This document shows, piece after piece, positions 29,818-45,336 of a stretch of DNA of 64,000 bases. The position numbers and the translations under genes are program-made. Numbering within the stretch: position 1 is the first letter of the stretch; the number at the start of each line of letters is the position of its first letter. A model generated the notes under the pieces. It was not told the DNA's origin. It saw only the letters and a list, made by a program, of their open reading frames with translations, and searched no databases. Origin of the DNA: Chrysomallon squamiferum (taxonomy: Eukaryota; Animalia; Mollusca); contig CM022676.1 in NCBI GenBank assembly GCA_012295275.1, positions 7,130,001-7,194,000 on the forward strand. Reading direction: 5' to 3'.

Positions 29818-29962
29818 CCAACCATTCCATCCATTAATAATAATACTTTATCAAATGGTGTGGTATGTGCTGTGCTGTTTATGAGAAGGTACACATTAAC
29901 AATTCCTTGGGGCTAACTGTCTAGTCTAGCCTTATGGTATGGTAGCAATGGTTATCTTCTTC
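29818..29962 (+). mobile_element. SINE central domain remnant
   Basis: CCATTCCATCCA...TATCAAATGGTGTGGTATGTGCTGTGCTGTTTATGAGAAGGTACACATTAACAATTCCTTG; parallels 62440 and 57720. Confidence 0.65.
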
Positions 29963-30310
29963 AATATCATCAGTTTCATCATCATCATCAGATATTTCCA
30001 TGCAAACCAACACAGACAGTTATCTTTAATGTGTTGTATAGTAAAAAAAAATGGTGGAATCAATAATATAAAAAAAAAAAATGTCCTTGACCTTACAGTG
30101 TTAGGTTAGTAGGTATTTCTTATCAGAAAGTGTTTTATTATTTAAGCACACAAATTGGAATACACATCAGACAGGAACCTAATGAACCGTAGCAGTTACC
30201 ATGGTAACTGTTTTGTTCCTGACCAATAATTTGGGATTTATTTCTTATGTGTGGTTTTTAATCATGGATTCCAGTCTTCTTTTTTACTTCTTTTCTTGTT
30301 TCTTTTTATT

Positions 30311-30351
<41 letters not shown>

Positions 30352-30609
30352 CTGAACAGGAAAGAAGGGAATTAGATGATATGTTGTAAATTTGTTTTTA
30401 ATTTAAAAAAAAAAAAAAAAATATAAATAAAAGATGTAGATGGATAGACACTTTGAAATTTTCTTATATCACGTTCCATGGGGAGGGGTGCAAAGAAGAA
30501 GCAAGGAGATGTTGTAATCCATTTTGATGCCATTTTTTTATTTTTTTTCACAAAATCATTATTTAAATTTTGATTCTTTTTTCTTTTTTTTTTTTTTTGT
30601 AATCCAGAG

Positions 30610-30745
30610 TTGTAGTTTTATAGTAGTTGGTTTTTAAGGAGTGATAGGTCACAGGAACAGTTCTTCATTGGTATGAGCTTTAGACTATTTACCATTCTAG
30701 CCAGTGTCTCACAAATGTTGTTTCATACATCATATGCTATGTTCG
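30610..30745 (+). mobile_element. Decayed SINE copy
   Basis: TATTTTCCATTCTAGCCAGTGTCTCACAA...ATATGCTATG, the same head-core junction as other copies. Confidence 0.5.
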
Positions 30746-31972
30746 GTTTTTTTTTCATTGTTTTTTTTCTGAAGGTGTGTGGCTTGTGAAAAATAGCTGT
30801 TGCCATGGTGATAAGGGCTCTCTGTTGTTAGTATCATGGTAACAGGTTTTTTTTCTTTCACTTCAAGATTTTCCTGGAATGCTCTATATCCCCAATCAAA
30901 TAAACTTTAAATTTTGTTAATGGATTTCTTATTTTTTATTTTATTTTTTTTTATTTTTTTTTTGTTCTCAATTATGACACAAAATCTTACTGAAGGCATT
31001 ATTTTTAAAATCCTTTTTTTATTATTAGTATATTTTTTTTTTTTATTAAAACCATACTTCCTGTTTTAAAGATTTAAAAAATTTGTTTCTAACTAAAATC
31101 AAAATTAAATTTTGATTTAAACATTATTTAGACATTCCAGATTAAAAAATATTTAAGTTCAGTAAAAATAAAAAAAATAAATTAAATAAAATAATAATAA
31201 TTTTTATTCTTAACTAAAGTCACCAGGAAAATTCCTGATTTAAATTATAATCAGAACATTGAAGATTCAGACTTTTTTTTTAAATTTAACGTTAAAACCG
31301 AAGAAAATCATCACAAAAAAACACATTTTAAAATTGTCTAACATCACAAACAAATTCCTCGTTAAATATTTCATGAGTTAAAAAAAAAAAATTTTTTTTT
31401 TTTTAAATCTGAGTACTCAAAGGTCGATGGGTTGTGGTGTGTTGGTGAATAGATGTGTGTGATTATTGAAGTGAAGTTCACACAGACTGAGCTGTGAAGT
31501 GGAGAGAGCTGATGTTCAGCTGGGTGAAAATGAGGCTCACTTTTCAATATTATCTCTGGTAATAGGCCCATTACATTTCTAATAGACACCTGATAACATC
31601 TTTAAATGCAAACAGTTGTCATGGCGATGACTTAGAATTTTTCGTTGTTGTTGCTGTTGCTGAAGATGATGATGTTTTGTTGGTGGGGTTGTGGGAGTTT
31701 GTTTTGGTGATGATCTGTCATGATGATGATGATGATGATATGCTTTGAGTTGTTATTGTGATGATGATGGTGATGATGATGATTCTCTTATGATGATGTT
31801 GATTCTGTGTTATGATGATGATGATGATCTAGTGTCATTATTATTATTATTTATTTATTTATTTTATTTTCAAGAATTCAAATTTATTTTTATTTTTATT
31901 ATTTTTTTATGTCGTTTAATAAATCAGTTTTAGTTTTGATGGACTTTTCTAATTGTTTTTGACTTTTTTTTT

Positions 31973-32013
<41 letters not shown>

Positions 32014-32866
32014 TCTAACCCATATTAGACATCAATTTTATTTATCCATTCACTGTATCGCTTACATTTTACGACTTATATAGGTTACACTTTTATCACA
32101 CGTCGGGTATCAGTTCTGTTTTATCATCTGTTACATCAAGTTTTGTTTTATCCACACATTACATATCAAATTTATTCCATCTGCCATAAATCCTTCTCAG
32201 TATTTGATTGCTTTTTCCTTTTCTCTTTGATAAATGGGCAGAGATAAACAGACAGTCCTCTTCAAAAATATTCCTAAGATGGATGCCTAACAACAGAGGC
32301 TAAATGCGTTGATCTCCAAGGCTTTGAATTTCTCTCTTTGGACCATTTTCCATTTAACAACCCGATCGTCTGCCGGTGTTTGTCTCTCTCTATGAAAAAT
32401 GAACAGATGCTATCTCAGCGAATGTTTTGACCCAAATGTCATATTTCTGACTATGTTACTGGCACCAGTCAGTTAGGATAATGCTTAGGTGTAATGTGGG
32501 GAGAAAAAATGAGCATTTGTCGGAATTGGAAAAAAATGTTAATAAGGGTAAGCATTATGGAACTGATTTTTTTTTTTTTTTTTTTTTTTTTTCGTTTTTG
32601 AAATGATTATAGAGCACTTTGTGGAACTGGAAATATTACTGTAACAAGGGTAAGATTTCTGGAGTGGATTTATTCCATTTCTTGATATGATTATTATTAT
32701 TTTTTTTTATAAATATGGGATGTGATAATATAGAGCATCTGTTGGAATTGGAGAAAAGATTCATAGTATTGATATAGATACACATACGTACACACACACA
32801 CATACACACACACACACACACATATATATACATATACCTACAGAACTTATCTTCATACACATACAC

Positions 32867-32914
<48 letters not shown>

Positions 32915-34030
32915 GACACACATATCTTCACCCCATTATTTTAATTATCTATTCACTTTGCCTCAGATTCGTTAAACTGTGCCACGGGTATGAATTTTGC
33001 CAGTCAATGATGGCGCCAAACGTTCATGAATGATTCTCTTTAATGTGTGAACCGGCGAGCAAGGGAACATTTAAATCTTGATCCCAGCAGCAATTAAGTC
33101 AGGCTAATTCATTTCATGAATTATTAGCAGTGTTAATTTATAGCCTGGCTCAAAGAAGAGGATTATTAACAATGTAGAACCTGTGAAATAGATTATCTGA
33201 TTTATGTCATGGGTCGTTGGTGTGATATAAAAAATATTGCATGTTCTGGCCTCTTAGAATTCCATGAAGGTATCTGAGTATAGAGCAGGTTTTTTATTTT
33301 ATTATTATTATTATTATTATTTTTTTTTTTTTATGATTTAGTAATAAATTTTGTTTGATGGACTTTTATATGTGATAAAGTTTTTCAAAAAAAAAAAGTG
33401 TAAAAATTAATTTATGCTATTTTTTTTTTTTTTTTTGGAATTTGAGGTATTGCATTATATGTTTAAGTGAGAAATAGAAGTGAAAAGGAATTGTTATTTT
33501 TATAATTATTATTTAAATTAAGTAATAAAAATATGATAAAATATTTAGAGTTAAGGTATTAAGAAAATGTAAAATTTAAAATCAAGAAGAAAAAAAGAAA
33601 TGAGAATAAAAAAGAAAAAATGCTAAAATTAAAATATATTCAACACAAATAAAAACATTACAAATAAATAAATAAATAAATAATGTTCTCTTTCTTCTGA
33701 TTATTATTTTTATTATTATTATTATTATGATTTTTAGTAGTAGTAGTAGTAGTAGTCATTGGTGTTGCAACAACAAAAGTACAATAACAAAAGCAAAAAG
33801 GAAAAATGGACATTCCAATATGGCCACCATTTACAACTATCAACAAATCTGTCTGACATTTGACCTTATAATAACAATAAAAACATACACACACACACAC
33901 ACGCACACACACACACACACACTCACATGCATGCACAAACATCATAAATATATGCTCGTTTTATTCTAACAATTCTTCTTTTGCTTAATGAACAACCAAA
34001 TAATCCTTACACACAAACATCAACACACAC

Positions 34031-34073
<43 letters not shown>

Positions 34074-34642
34074 CACATGACTATGTATGTTTGGATATAT
34101 GTATGTGTGTATATATAGATACATGTTTAAGAACCATTCATTCCTTAGACCAAGCAGACACATCATACAGATTAAGTAGAGAAAACTTGGCAGATTAAAT
34201 GTGTATAATTTGTGTATTGATTTATGAATTGAGAACATGACAAGTGATAATTTCTGTCAGTAAGTAAACACAAAATGATACACTGTGTCTTTACGCTCAA
34301 AAATATAGTCCCTCCCAGTAGACACACGGAACTATTTAATGTCACTTATTTGGTCTGTTGCAAAGGAAAACATTTTAGATTTGTGGTTTAAAAATATTAA
34401 AAAAATAAAAATGTCAGTGAAGAAATATGGTAAAAATATTTAATACATTTTTTGAAGTGTTTATAATTGAGATTAGTGTGAAAGTAAAATTGTTGATGTT
34501 TTAATAATTTTTGTCAAAGATTGTTTGAAAGAAGGTCATGTGTTGGCAAGGAAACCGTTTTTAAATTGAGAAGAATTTCAATGCACTTTTGTAAAAAAAA
34601 AAAAAAGAAATTATTTATTTATATTAGATGGATTTGTTGTAT

Positions 34643-34643
<1 letters not shown>

Positions 34644-34704
<61 letters not shown>

Positions 34705-34732
34705 AAAGAGAGAGATAAAGAGAGAGAGAGAT

Positions 34733-34766
<34 letters not shown>

Positions 34767-34776
34767 AGAGAGAGAT

Positions 34777-34813
<37 letters not shown>

Positions 34814-34814
34814 T

Positions 34815-34862
<48 letters not shown>
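34644..34862. repeat. Compound (GT)n-(GA)n microsatellite with periodic TAAA interruptions
   Basis: Directly visible. Confidence 0.95.
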
Positions 34863-34867
<5 letters not shown>

Positions 34868-35569
34868 ATGTATTTATGCCTATGTACGATATCAAATTTA
34901 TGTCCTGTTCTTATAAATATTGAATATATGTATGTTTGTGTATGTGTGTGTGTGTATATATATATTATATACACATACACTCAAACATTCATATATACAC
35001 CTATAAGCATACACATATATAAATTAAACAATTTAAGAATACAATAATAATAATAAAAAATGTAAAAAGAAAACACTGATATAAATAATTCTCTTATGGG
35101 CTGTCATCACCTTTCACTGTCCGTCTGTCTGATTGACTTAATCTGTTTATGTAATTAGTTTATTGTGTCAGCTCAGAATGTGTCATCACTTACCAAGCCC
35201 CGACAGAAATCTCCTCCAGGCAAGTGTTTCTTTGTTCACAGAATTAAAGTTCTGTTGCTCTTTTTTAATTTTCTAAATTTACTTTGTTTTTTTATTTATT
35301 TAATTTCTTTACCTTTTATTTTATTTATTCAGTTTCTTTTTTTCTTTGTTTTGTTTTTTTTGTTATTATTATTTAACTATTATTTTTATTTTCATTTTTT
35401 TTCTATGAAGTTGTCTTTTTTTTTTTTTTTTGGTCTGAATTTAGTTCCATCTTTTAAGAAAAAAAAAAAAAAAAAAAAAGTTATTGTTACAATTCTTATT
35501 GTTAATTTTTTTTTCTACTTTTGCCTGAAATATCTTCTTTTTAATTTTAAATTTGTCTACATTTTTTCA

Positions 35570-35606
<37 letters not shown>

Positions 35607-36142
35607 TTCTCTTTTTTGTAAATTTGTTTTTCTTGGGTTTTTTTCTATATTTTCTATTATTACTCAGTTTGTCATATTTTTATTTTCATAATTTTTCTTT
35701 CAATTCAATTCTTTTTTTTTTCACATTTTTTTTCTATAACAATTTATGCAGCAGAGGCCTCTCACATAACTAAATCATGTATTTTTGATATTCATATCCA
35801 ACATCATGAATTAAACCTCAATGTCTCTTTAAAAAAATGTCCCCATAACATTCGTACCCTGACCTGTGCTATTTTATATTCAAAACCAGTTCTAAGAATT
35901 ACATCTGGACACAACAACTAACCCAGAGGCGAAACCAGTACATTCATTCTGAACCAGTAATTTGGATATTAATGTAGGCCAAGGGTTTGTCAGTGGACAG
36001 AAACCTCACTAGTTTTGGTGTCAAATTATAAGAGTCTAGACAGCTAAAGGGTTAACTATAACTCAGACTGGCAACCTCTATAATGACAAATTTAAAAAGC
36101 TGTTGTGTTTGCTCTAAGGTGAAAGTGATGGTATTCCTGCTA

Positions 36143-36340
36143 ACAATTGTTTTTGTTTTATGTACCTCATGTTTGTGTATTATAGTATAACATTGTTTTT
36201 ATTTTGTATATGTCATCTTTGTAATTTATAATAAATAACATTGTTTTTGTTTTATTTACGTCATGTTTGTAATTTATAGTATAACATTGTTTTTTTTTTT
36301 TTTATGTATACATCATAGTTGTAATTTGTTCTATAATGTA
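36143..36340. repeat. ~47-bp tandem repeat, ~4 copies
   Basis: ACATTGTTTTTGTTTTAT..TCATGTTTGT..ATAGTATA recurring. Confidence 0.75.
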
Positions 36341-37699
36341 ATAGCAGAATACTGGAATTTTGTACATGTTCAGTATTTTTATTTATTTATTTATTTATTT
36401 ACTACTACTACTACTTTTCTGTATTATTATTACTACTTATTATTATTGTCATTGTTATTATTATTATTATTATTATTACATTACTGTATATTGTAAAAGT
36501 TAAATTATAGTATTTTTATACATATTAAATGCACTGTATCTTATTATGAAACATTTACAAACTAATTTTTAAAAACATGTTCTTATAATACATGTTATAC
36601 ATATCTAACATCTAAATATTTGAATCATATATATCTAATACACATTGGAACAAATTTGCGACTAATTTTTAAGAATAGATGTTAACAATACAATTAATAT
36701 AGCTAAACAGTGGAACTGCATACACTGTAACTTACTGTAATACCTTTGCAAAGTTGATCTATGAAAATATGAACTTATGACACAAATGTTATACACAAAT
36801 TATGTAATAACTAAATTAAAATTTTGTAAAAGTTTATTTGTAAGAGTTTTTATATATCAAAGTACTGAGCTTTAGCCAACAGAAGTGGATTGACACAAAA
36901 CTTTTTAATTTCAACATTTTGTCAAAAAATGCATTTATATATATGTATGTACCTTAACTCTTTGATCCAGTGATGAAATTGACAGATATTAATCCTATTG
37001 TGTGTTTTGGAGCACTTTTATTAATACTGTTATTTGCTGGATGCAATGAGCTCTCCAATTTGTCTGGAAATGTCTGGCCACATCACAGGAACTAAACCTG
37101 GTACAGGAATGAATGCGATATCAAAGTGAAACTTGTGCATTCACGAATTTGAAAATGTTCATAACATCAGTCATTGAAAATGTGACTTACAACTTGATTC
37201 CACATGATGGGTCACGTAGTACATGGACTGTTTAAACCTTTTAGAAAAGCTAAAATGTGGAAATGTTCAGCTGTTGACTAAGACAGTTTTTGAATATATA
37301 TATGTGTGTGTATTTTATTTTTTTTTTTTTTTTTTTTTTTACCATAACCAGTACATAATGGAAGCTGGGGTCCCAAAACATTTGATTATTTAAATTTGTT
37401 ATGACAAATGACATTCTATCAGATTTCATATCATATCATGTCTCTTTTTTTCTTAAATCGGAATTTATTTTTTATTATGTGTCAGATTTTTTGTACAGTT
37501 GAGATTTCTCTGTGATTCTGCCTTTCCAACAAGTCAGTTTTTAATATTTGTCTGTAAGACTCTCTGTCTGTGTGTCACGTCCATTCTCAAATATCTGAAA
37601 TAAAAAAATAAATAAATAAGTAAAAAAATATAAATCTGATACTGTGAAACAGTTATTGATAGTGTCGGAAAATCTGTAATATTAGATCTTTGAATAACC

Positions 37700-37970
37700 C
37701 CAGGATACCAGATACCCAAGATACCACATCAGTATACCAGATCTGGTAACCAAGAACACCATATATGATATCCAATATACCATACCAGGATACCACTTCT
37801 GGATAATGAAAATATCAGACTAATAGACATATGACAAACTTGGATACCTAGAATACCAGGTACAGGCATTCAACACACCATATCTAGACACCAATAGTAT
37901 CAGATCTGGATACCAATGATGTTGGATGTGGATACTCATGACACTAGTCCTGGATACCAAGGATATCATC
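37700..37970. repeat. Degenerate GATACCA-based repeat
   Basis: GGATACCA/ATACCA recurs more than 10 times. Confidence 0.65.
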
Positions 37971-38104
37971 AGTTGCTTTAAATTACTAGATATTTAACAG
38001 ATAAAAAAATAAAAAAATTATGACTGTGTCCCTTTAATGACAATAAATAATTATGATAGTGTCCCTTTAATTAAAAATATTAATAATAAAAATATTAATA
38101 ATAA

Positions 38105-38164
<60 letters not shown>

Positions 38165-38184
38165 TAATAATAATAATAATAATA

Positions 38185-38221
<37 letters not shown>

Positions 38222-38461
38222 GTAATAACAGTAATAATATAACATGTTACTTTAAACAAAAAAGACATAGAACAGTCATACTTCTGTAATGAAAAGCAGA
38301 GGGCACTAAAGTGTACAAGTGTATAAAAATGTCAGCCTGTACGACCCAGTGCTAAGTGAGAATTCTGTTCAGCTGTGAACAGACACCATTCAGCAGAGAA
38401 ATGATTAAATCATGTTCACACATTTCTCTGCAGTGCATATTAATTAAAATATCCAAGACTG

Positions 38462-38502
<41 letters not shown>

Positions 38503-38577
38503 TATACCTACATACATATGTACATACATATATATACATACACACACACACACATACACACGTAAACATACATACAT

Positions 38578-38612
<35 letters not shown>

Positions 38613-38625
38613 TACATACATATAA

Positions 38626-38656
<31 letters not shown>

Positions 38657-38708
38657 TGCATACATATTTACTTACATACATACATAGATACAAGCATATA
38701 GATACATG

Positions 38709-38739
<31 letters not shown>

Positions 38740-38829
38740 ACATACATCTACATATATAGAGAAGCAGATATCACACATAAACACACTCACACGTAACACA
38801 GCATGATCACACACATACAACTGACCTAG

Positions 38830-38861
<32 letters not shown>

Positions 38862-39634
38862 ATCACACAGACAGACAGACACCATTATTCACCCAGCATT
38901 AACCACAACAATGAGAAACAAAAACAAAACAAAACTTCAGACCAAAATGAAATAAAACCGTCGACTCCATTCAGACAAGTTTTCGTATACCAGTTCTGCT
39001 TCTGCATTCGAACCTGTCTTCATGTTGACATTTTCATTATTGCATAGTGCCCGAGTCTTCAGCCCAGTTGGATGTTGATTAAACTACTTTTATTACGGAA
39101 CACTGCTGTTCCTTGATTAGTTAATTTTATAGTTGCATGTCGCAGTCGAGAAAGAAAAGGAAAAAAAAAAAAAAAAAAAAAAGTAAATTAAAAAAAAGAG
39201 GAAATTTGTTCCGTTGGAAATGCAATTTTCCATTTTGTTGGCTTATGTTTAACTTTTATATATCTTTTTTGTTCAGATAATGTTAATTGAAATGAGTGAA
39301 AAAAAAAGAAGAAAAAAAAGAGAGAAAATTATTTAAAAGGAAGAGAGAGAGAGAGAGAGGTGTTCATATATTAATCATGATATTTAAATATTTGATTTTA
39401 TTTAAACAACATTAAAAAAAGAAAGAAAGGAAAAAAAAAGAACAAAGAGGAGAGAACTGTGTCTCGACAGCACAGCAGGTACCACTAAGTTTTATTAGCA
39501 ATCAGAAAATGTAGTAAATTTTTAAAAACAGATGTGAAAGCTGGGAATAAACTAAAAAAAAAAGAAGAAAAAAGTGTCCCTGGTGAATCCAGGATGATCT
39601 GAAAATGTGCAAGTTATTGTTGTGAATGTAAGTT

Positions 39635-39745
39635 TGAAAAATGAAACAAGTGTGAAAAAATGAAACAAGTCTGGAAAATAAAACAAGCTCCAAAAATGAA
39701 CCAAGTCCAAAAAATGAACCAAGTCTGGAAAATGAAACAAATGTC
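39635..39745. repeat. ~19-bp minisatellite, ~6 copies
   Basis: AAAATGAAACAAGTCTGG-like unit. Confidence 0.8.
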
Positions 39746-40491
39746 AAAGAAAGAAAATACTGGTTGCTAAGACAACAAGATGGTGAAAAGTGAACACATT
39801 TCTGTTAGTTTTGAAAGACACTTTATGTGATGTGTTAACATTGAACTTTTCAGTCACAGATTTATCCTTACAAATCATTTATGGTCATCTATCTATACAG
39901 ATCATTTATCATCATTTATTATCATCTTTCTTCCTCTCACTTCTCTACTTTCTGTCTTCCTATCTCTTCTTTTTTCATTTCTTTCATCCATTTCTAACTC
40001 TTTCTTTCTTTCTCCCTTTTATTTTTTCATTCTCTGTCATCCCATTATCCATTCTCTACCTTCTCTTTTATCTCTCTATCCTTCTTTTCCCATCCCTTTC
40101 TTTTCTCTTCCTGTCCCTTACTTTATTCCCTTTTTTAAATCTCTTCCATCCCTTTTTATCCCTTAACCTTTTTCTTCACATCCCCTTTTTTCCAATCCCC
40201 TTTTTATTTTATTTTCTTCCCTTTCTATCTCTTTCATTTTGTTATTTTATATCTCATATTCCTTCTTTTTTCATTTCATTCCCTACCGTTTGTCATTTCT
40301 TCCTTTTTCTTTCCATCTCCAATGATTCCAGTCATAAACTTTGGTTATGTTTCTGAGAATGTCTATTTCCATCTGTGGTAATAAAATGTTTTTAAAAGAA
40401 GATTATTTATTCCAATGCTTAGAAAATTAATGAAGGAATCTACTAAGTGTATGTCATAATTTTCAGAAATTTAAATAAACATAAACGATTT

Positions 40492-40522
<31 letters not shown>

Positions 40523-41221
40523 GAAATTTTTCAGTAATTCTTTAATGCTGTTTCTTTTCTCTTTCTTCTTTTTTTAAAAAAAACTTTTTTTTTTTGGCTT
40601 CGATGCTAATTTAGCCAGAAACTTTCCGAATCAATGACTAACAAGAGAATAATTTTTGTGAAAGAAAAGACTATTTAGCTGAAACGAAATCATTTTGACA
40701 GGAAAAGGAACTCTTTTGGTAAAGGAGATAATTTCTTAGCAGGAAAGAGAACTCTTTATCCCTAAAAAAAAAAAAAAAAAAAAAATAAAAAAAATGTTTT
40801 TCATAAAAGAAATTTTATTTTTCATTTTTTTTTGCTACAAATGGGAACATTTCACTAGAAATAAAAGATATATTTTTTTAAAATTCAGACAGGAAGGAGA
40901 ACTCTTTAACAAAAGAAATAATAAAAATTTCTTTGACAGAAAAATGGACACTCAAAAGCAGTGATCAAGTAACTGGTGCGAATAAGAATTTCCATTCAGA
41001 GTTATTTATCCCTTAAAGAACTCTCCTCAGCTGAAGAGGGTATTTTACCTCCATTAATGCTCAGATGAATATAATCTGAAATGTAGACACCTCATTATCT
41101 CTTCATTATCCGCAGCCTCTTCAGATTTCAAGCAAAAATGTCCCATTAAAAAACGAAGCATTAAGAATTTGATGTTCTTTCTGGCATCCATTTTGTGAAT
41201 TGAATCCAATTATCAATATTA

Positions 41222-41540
<319 letters not shown>

Positions 41541-42380
41541 GAGAATAATTTCAAGAAGTTCATTTCTAAAATTTTCATGTTTGTTTTACTTCTAACTTCG
41601 TCCATCTTTCCATCATTTTTCTATTTTGTTTTTCTCTCTTTCCATACTTTTCAGTTGATTTTCAAAAAAGAATCTGATACAGATCTTCTTTCTTTCCATA
41701 TTGTTTCTTCTTTCTGTTTTTGTTCTGTAAATATATTTCTCTCAGTCTTATTCTTCCTTCTTTCCTTCATGTTCTTCCTTTCCATCCTTCTTCCTTCTTT
41801 CCATCTTGTTCATCCTTCTCATCTTTCTTTTTATTCCAATCTCCCTTCTCACTTATTGATTCTTTTTTTTCCACTTAATTCTTCATTCTTCTGTCTTCAT
41901 CTTCTCTTTCTTTCAATCTTTCTTCATTCTTCTGTCTTCATCTTCTCTTTCTTTCACTCTTTCTCTTCCTTCTATCTTTGTCTTCCTTCTCTCTTTGTCT
42001 TCCTTCTCTTTACCTCTTCATTCCCATCTTTTCTTCTTTATTCCCCGTCTTTTTCTTTCGTTATGATCCTTGAAGATATTTGCAGAAGATCATCATGTAA
42101 ATCCAACGCACACACATTCACACACATTCACACACACACACACACACACAGAGAAGACTTCGGCTCATTTTCTCTGGTCAGTGTTTGCACTGGATGCAGA
42201 TCGATGGACAAACACCCAGTATCGGCCATTTCAGTGGCGAGAATCTCGTGTTAATTGCTGTAATAATGTTATCTCAAGCACTGACCATCTGTACAGTCGG
42301 TCGGTCGGACAACGAGCGCGAATCAATTTCAAATTCCATCTGTCCTCGGGCAGTTTCTGCCAGTGGAAGCCTCACAGAAG

Positions 42381-42411
<31 letters not shown>

Positions 42412-42524
42412 TAGCTGTAATTAGGGAGTTGCCAGTAACCAACCTGCAATGGACTGTGGCTGTGTTTTGTAATGTGATCTATAGTAGCACTACTATTACT
42501 ATCATCTTATCATTGTCTGTGGTT

Positions 42525-42845
42525 AAATGTTGTGATTGTATCTTTCAGTATTTTATGATGAGGTTTTTTCTTCAGTATATATTTTGAGATGGTCTGTGGC
42601 AATATTATATGATGGTGTCTGACAAAATGTTGTGATAGTCTCTGATGGTATTATGTATGGTCTGTTATATATTTTTATGATAGATGGTGGCAATATTTTG
42701 TGATTGTCTGTGGCAATAATTTTGTGATGGTGTATGGCAATAATTTTGTGATAGTATATGGTAAAATGGTTTGATGTCTATGGCAATATTTTGTGATGGT
42801 GTTTGATAATATTGTGTGATGGTCTTTGGCAATATTATCACAGTA
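42525..42845. repeat. ~24-bp degenerate minisatellite, ~12 copies
   Basis: GGCAATATTTTGTGATGGTCTRT-like unit. Confidence 0.8.
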
Positions 42846-43724
42846 TAATGCACTTCTCATCAGCTGAGGTAATGATCTGTTGATCTCTCTCTTTGATCTT
42901 TTCTTTTTCTCTTTCTCACTTTCTCTCACTTTCTTTCACTCTTGCTCTCTCTCTCTCCATACAAATATATTTCTTAAAACATTCTCATTTTATTTTTTTT
43001 CATCTGTTCTTGTCATGCTTTTATTGAAAGCTTACCCACAAAAAATTATCTAACAGTCTTTCCTTAACCCCAATTCTTTTCCCCATTTTTTTCTGGGTTT
43101 TTTTCCCATCTCACACTAACAATGTTTTTTCCATCTTCCATTGACAATAAATAAAAAAACCAACAAAACAAAAAAACAACTTAGTCTAATCATCACAAAT
43201 GAATTAAACTCAGCGACCTTCTCCAACACTGCAACTGAATGCGACGACCAACAACAACGTCGCAGGAATCACATCGTTAGCTAAATGTCATCATCGGCAA
43301 CCTTCTCCCTGCCAGTTTTGTCTACAAATGCAGTGGATACACATCGCAGGAAAACTAATAATGATTCCTCTCTTTCTTTCTTTCTTTCTTTCGCCTGTTA
43401 GCCTGTTAGCCTCTCGCGGCATTCGCGGCATCGATGCCTCCCGCCAGTGGCATATTTCTGAGATCCGAGCGCAAAGACACGTTTCGGTTATGGATTCTTT
43501 GGCAGTCCAGCTGAGAAACGGCAGGATTATTTAAATATGATTGGTTGTTATGAATGGGCAGGTTACCACGGTAATTTGCCGAGCAAACAAAGCGACAGTG
43601 TTGTGACAAGGCGGCAGAGAAAGAAAAGAAAATCGGTTTGTTGCGGAGACAAAAGATTTCTTTTTTCATCGTTGTTGTTACTAAAATTTTTTAAAGGATT
43701 TTTTTTTTTTTTTTTTTTTTAAAC

Positions 43725-43757
<33 letters not shown>

Positions 43758-43971
43758 AATGTTGTTCTAAGATTTGACTTGGGTTTGGTCAAATGCTAGA
43801 ATAAACATTTTTTTTGTAGCAAGAAGTTTCTAGTTTTGTTTAATCTGTTTTAAAAAAAGTTTTTGCAATTGGAAACAGTATTAGCAGTTTTCTTTTATTT
43901 CGTAGAGTTTTGTTAGTTTTATATACACACACATACTTACACATGCAAATACATACATTCATATATACATA

Positions 43972-44048
<77 letters not shown>

Positions 44049-45301
44049 TTACATCCAAAAATTCATACATGTATCCAAACATACATACAGGTATGCATAC
44101 ACACATAACATATACACGTATGAACATACATACAAACAAACATATAGTATATCTCTTTCAAAATCATTCTAAAATATATCCTTTTATTACAAGAACAGCT
44201 TATTTTTTACCTAACACCACACAGTCTCGATCCTGCGACCATTCATACCACAAATCAAGCTTTAACCCACTATATATCTACCTCACTGATTCTTAAGACC
44301 CTTTATTTTCATGAAATATTCAGCATCATGAAAAACTTTAGTATTATATACGACCTCGCTGAATTCGCTAATACTTTAAGTCTGTCTATGTTTTCTGATT
44401 TATAAAGGATAGATTCCAATCTTCATCATCTTGTGTTTTCTGTTGTCTATAACAGAGGTAAGAAAATCTATAAACTGTCTCAGATAAACTGTGGCCTTAG
44501 TTCCAAGGAGACTGAAACCATCTGATGCATTCTGTAATTGAACCTCTTTAAAGCAGCCGCTTGTGTATTAAGAGGTAGCTGAACCTCTTTAAAATGACCA
44601 CCTGTGTATAAGAGGTTATTCGGTAACTCAGCCTGTTAAAAATGACTACAGAAAGCATTACTGCTGTTGCCACTGTTACAGCTACTACTATTGCTACTGC
44701 TGCAGCTACTAGTTTTGCAGCTACTACTACAGCTGCTATCATAGCTACTACTATTGCTACTTTTACTGCTACTACCATTGCAACTACTGTTAACAGAAAC
44801 AAAACCACTATGATTACTAGTAATCATTAAAGTAATCATTATTACAACTATTACTAATATTACCAACAAATACAGTAATAACAATAGTAATAATAATAAT
44901 AATAATCATGATAATAATATTAATAATAATAATAATAACAGTATTAATGATAGCAGTAGTAATAATAATAATGATAGTAATAATAATAATGACAGTAATA
45001 ATAATGCTAGTAGTAGTAATAATAATGATGATAGTAATAACAAAAATAATAATAGTAATAAAAATGATAATGACGGTAACAGTTTAGAATGTATTCTCAG
45101 ATCAAGGAAATCATGTAATTTACTAATGAAACTTAGACAATGACAAACGAAGAATTAATCTGGTGGAAGTAATCTGTTTACATGGGAAGCCAATTATGAC
45201 GGGCATTTCCGGGAAAAAAAAAAAGGAAAAAAAAATCGTGAATTATTCATAATTTCACATCGATGAGAAATTCTGCAGTAAATAAATTCTCCTCTCGTGC
45301 G

Positions 45302-45336
<35 letters not shown>

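Noticed and set aside
38293-38308. Second CTCF-like word AGCAGAGGGCACTA
   Set aside because: Lacks the upstream CC of the core and is not in a CpG island; too weak to call
39040-39060. TTGCATAGT, the 5' end of miR-153
   Set aside because: The match stops after 9 nt and no precursor hairpin is evident; I recognised no other conserved miRNA by eye
44538-44620. Two AACCTCTTTAAA...TAAGAGGT units resembling a pogo/Tigger MITE terminus
   Set aside because: Too short and lacks a paired inverted end or TSD
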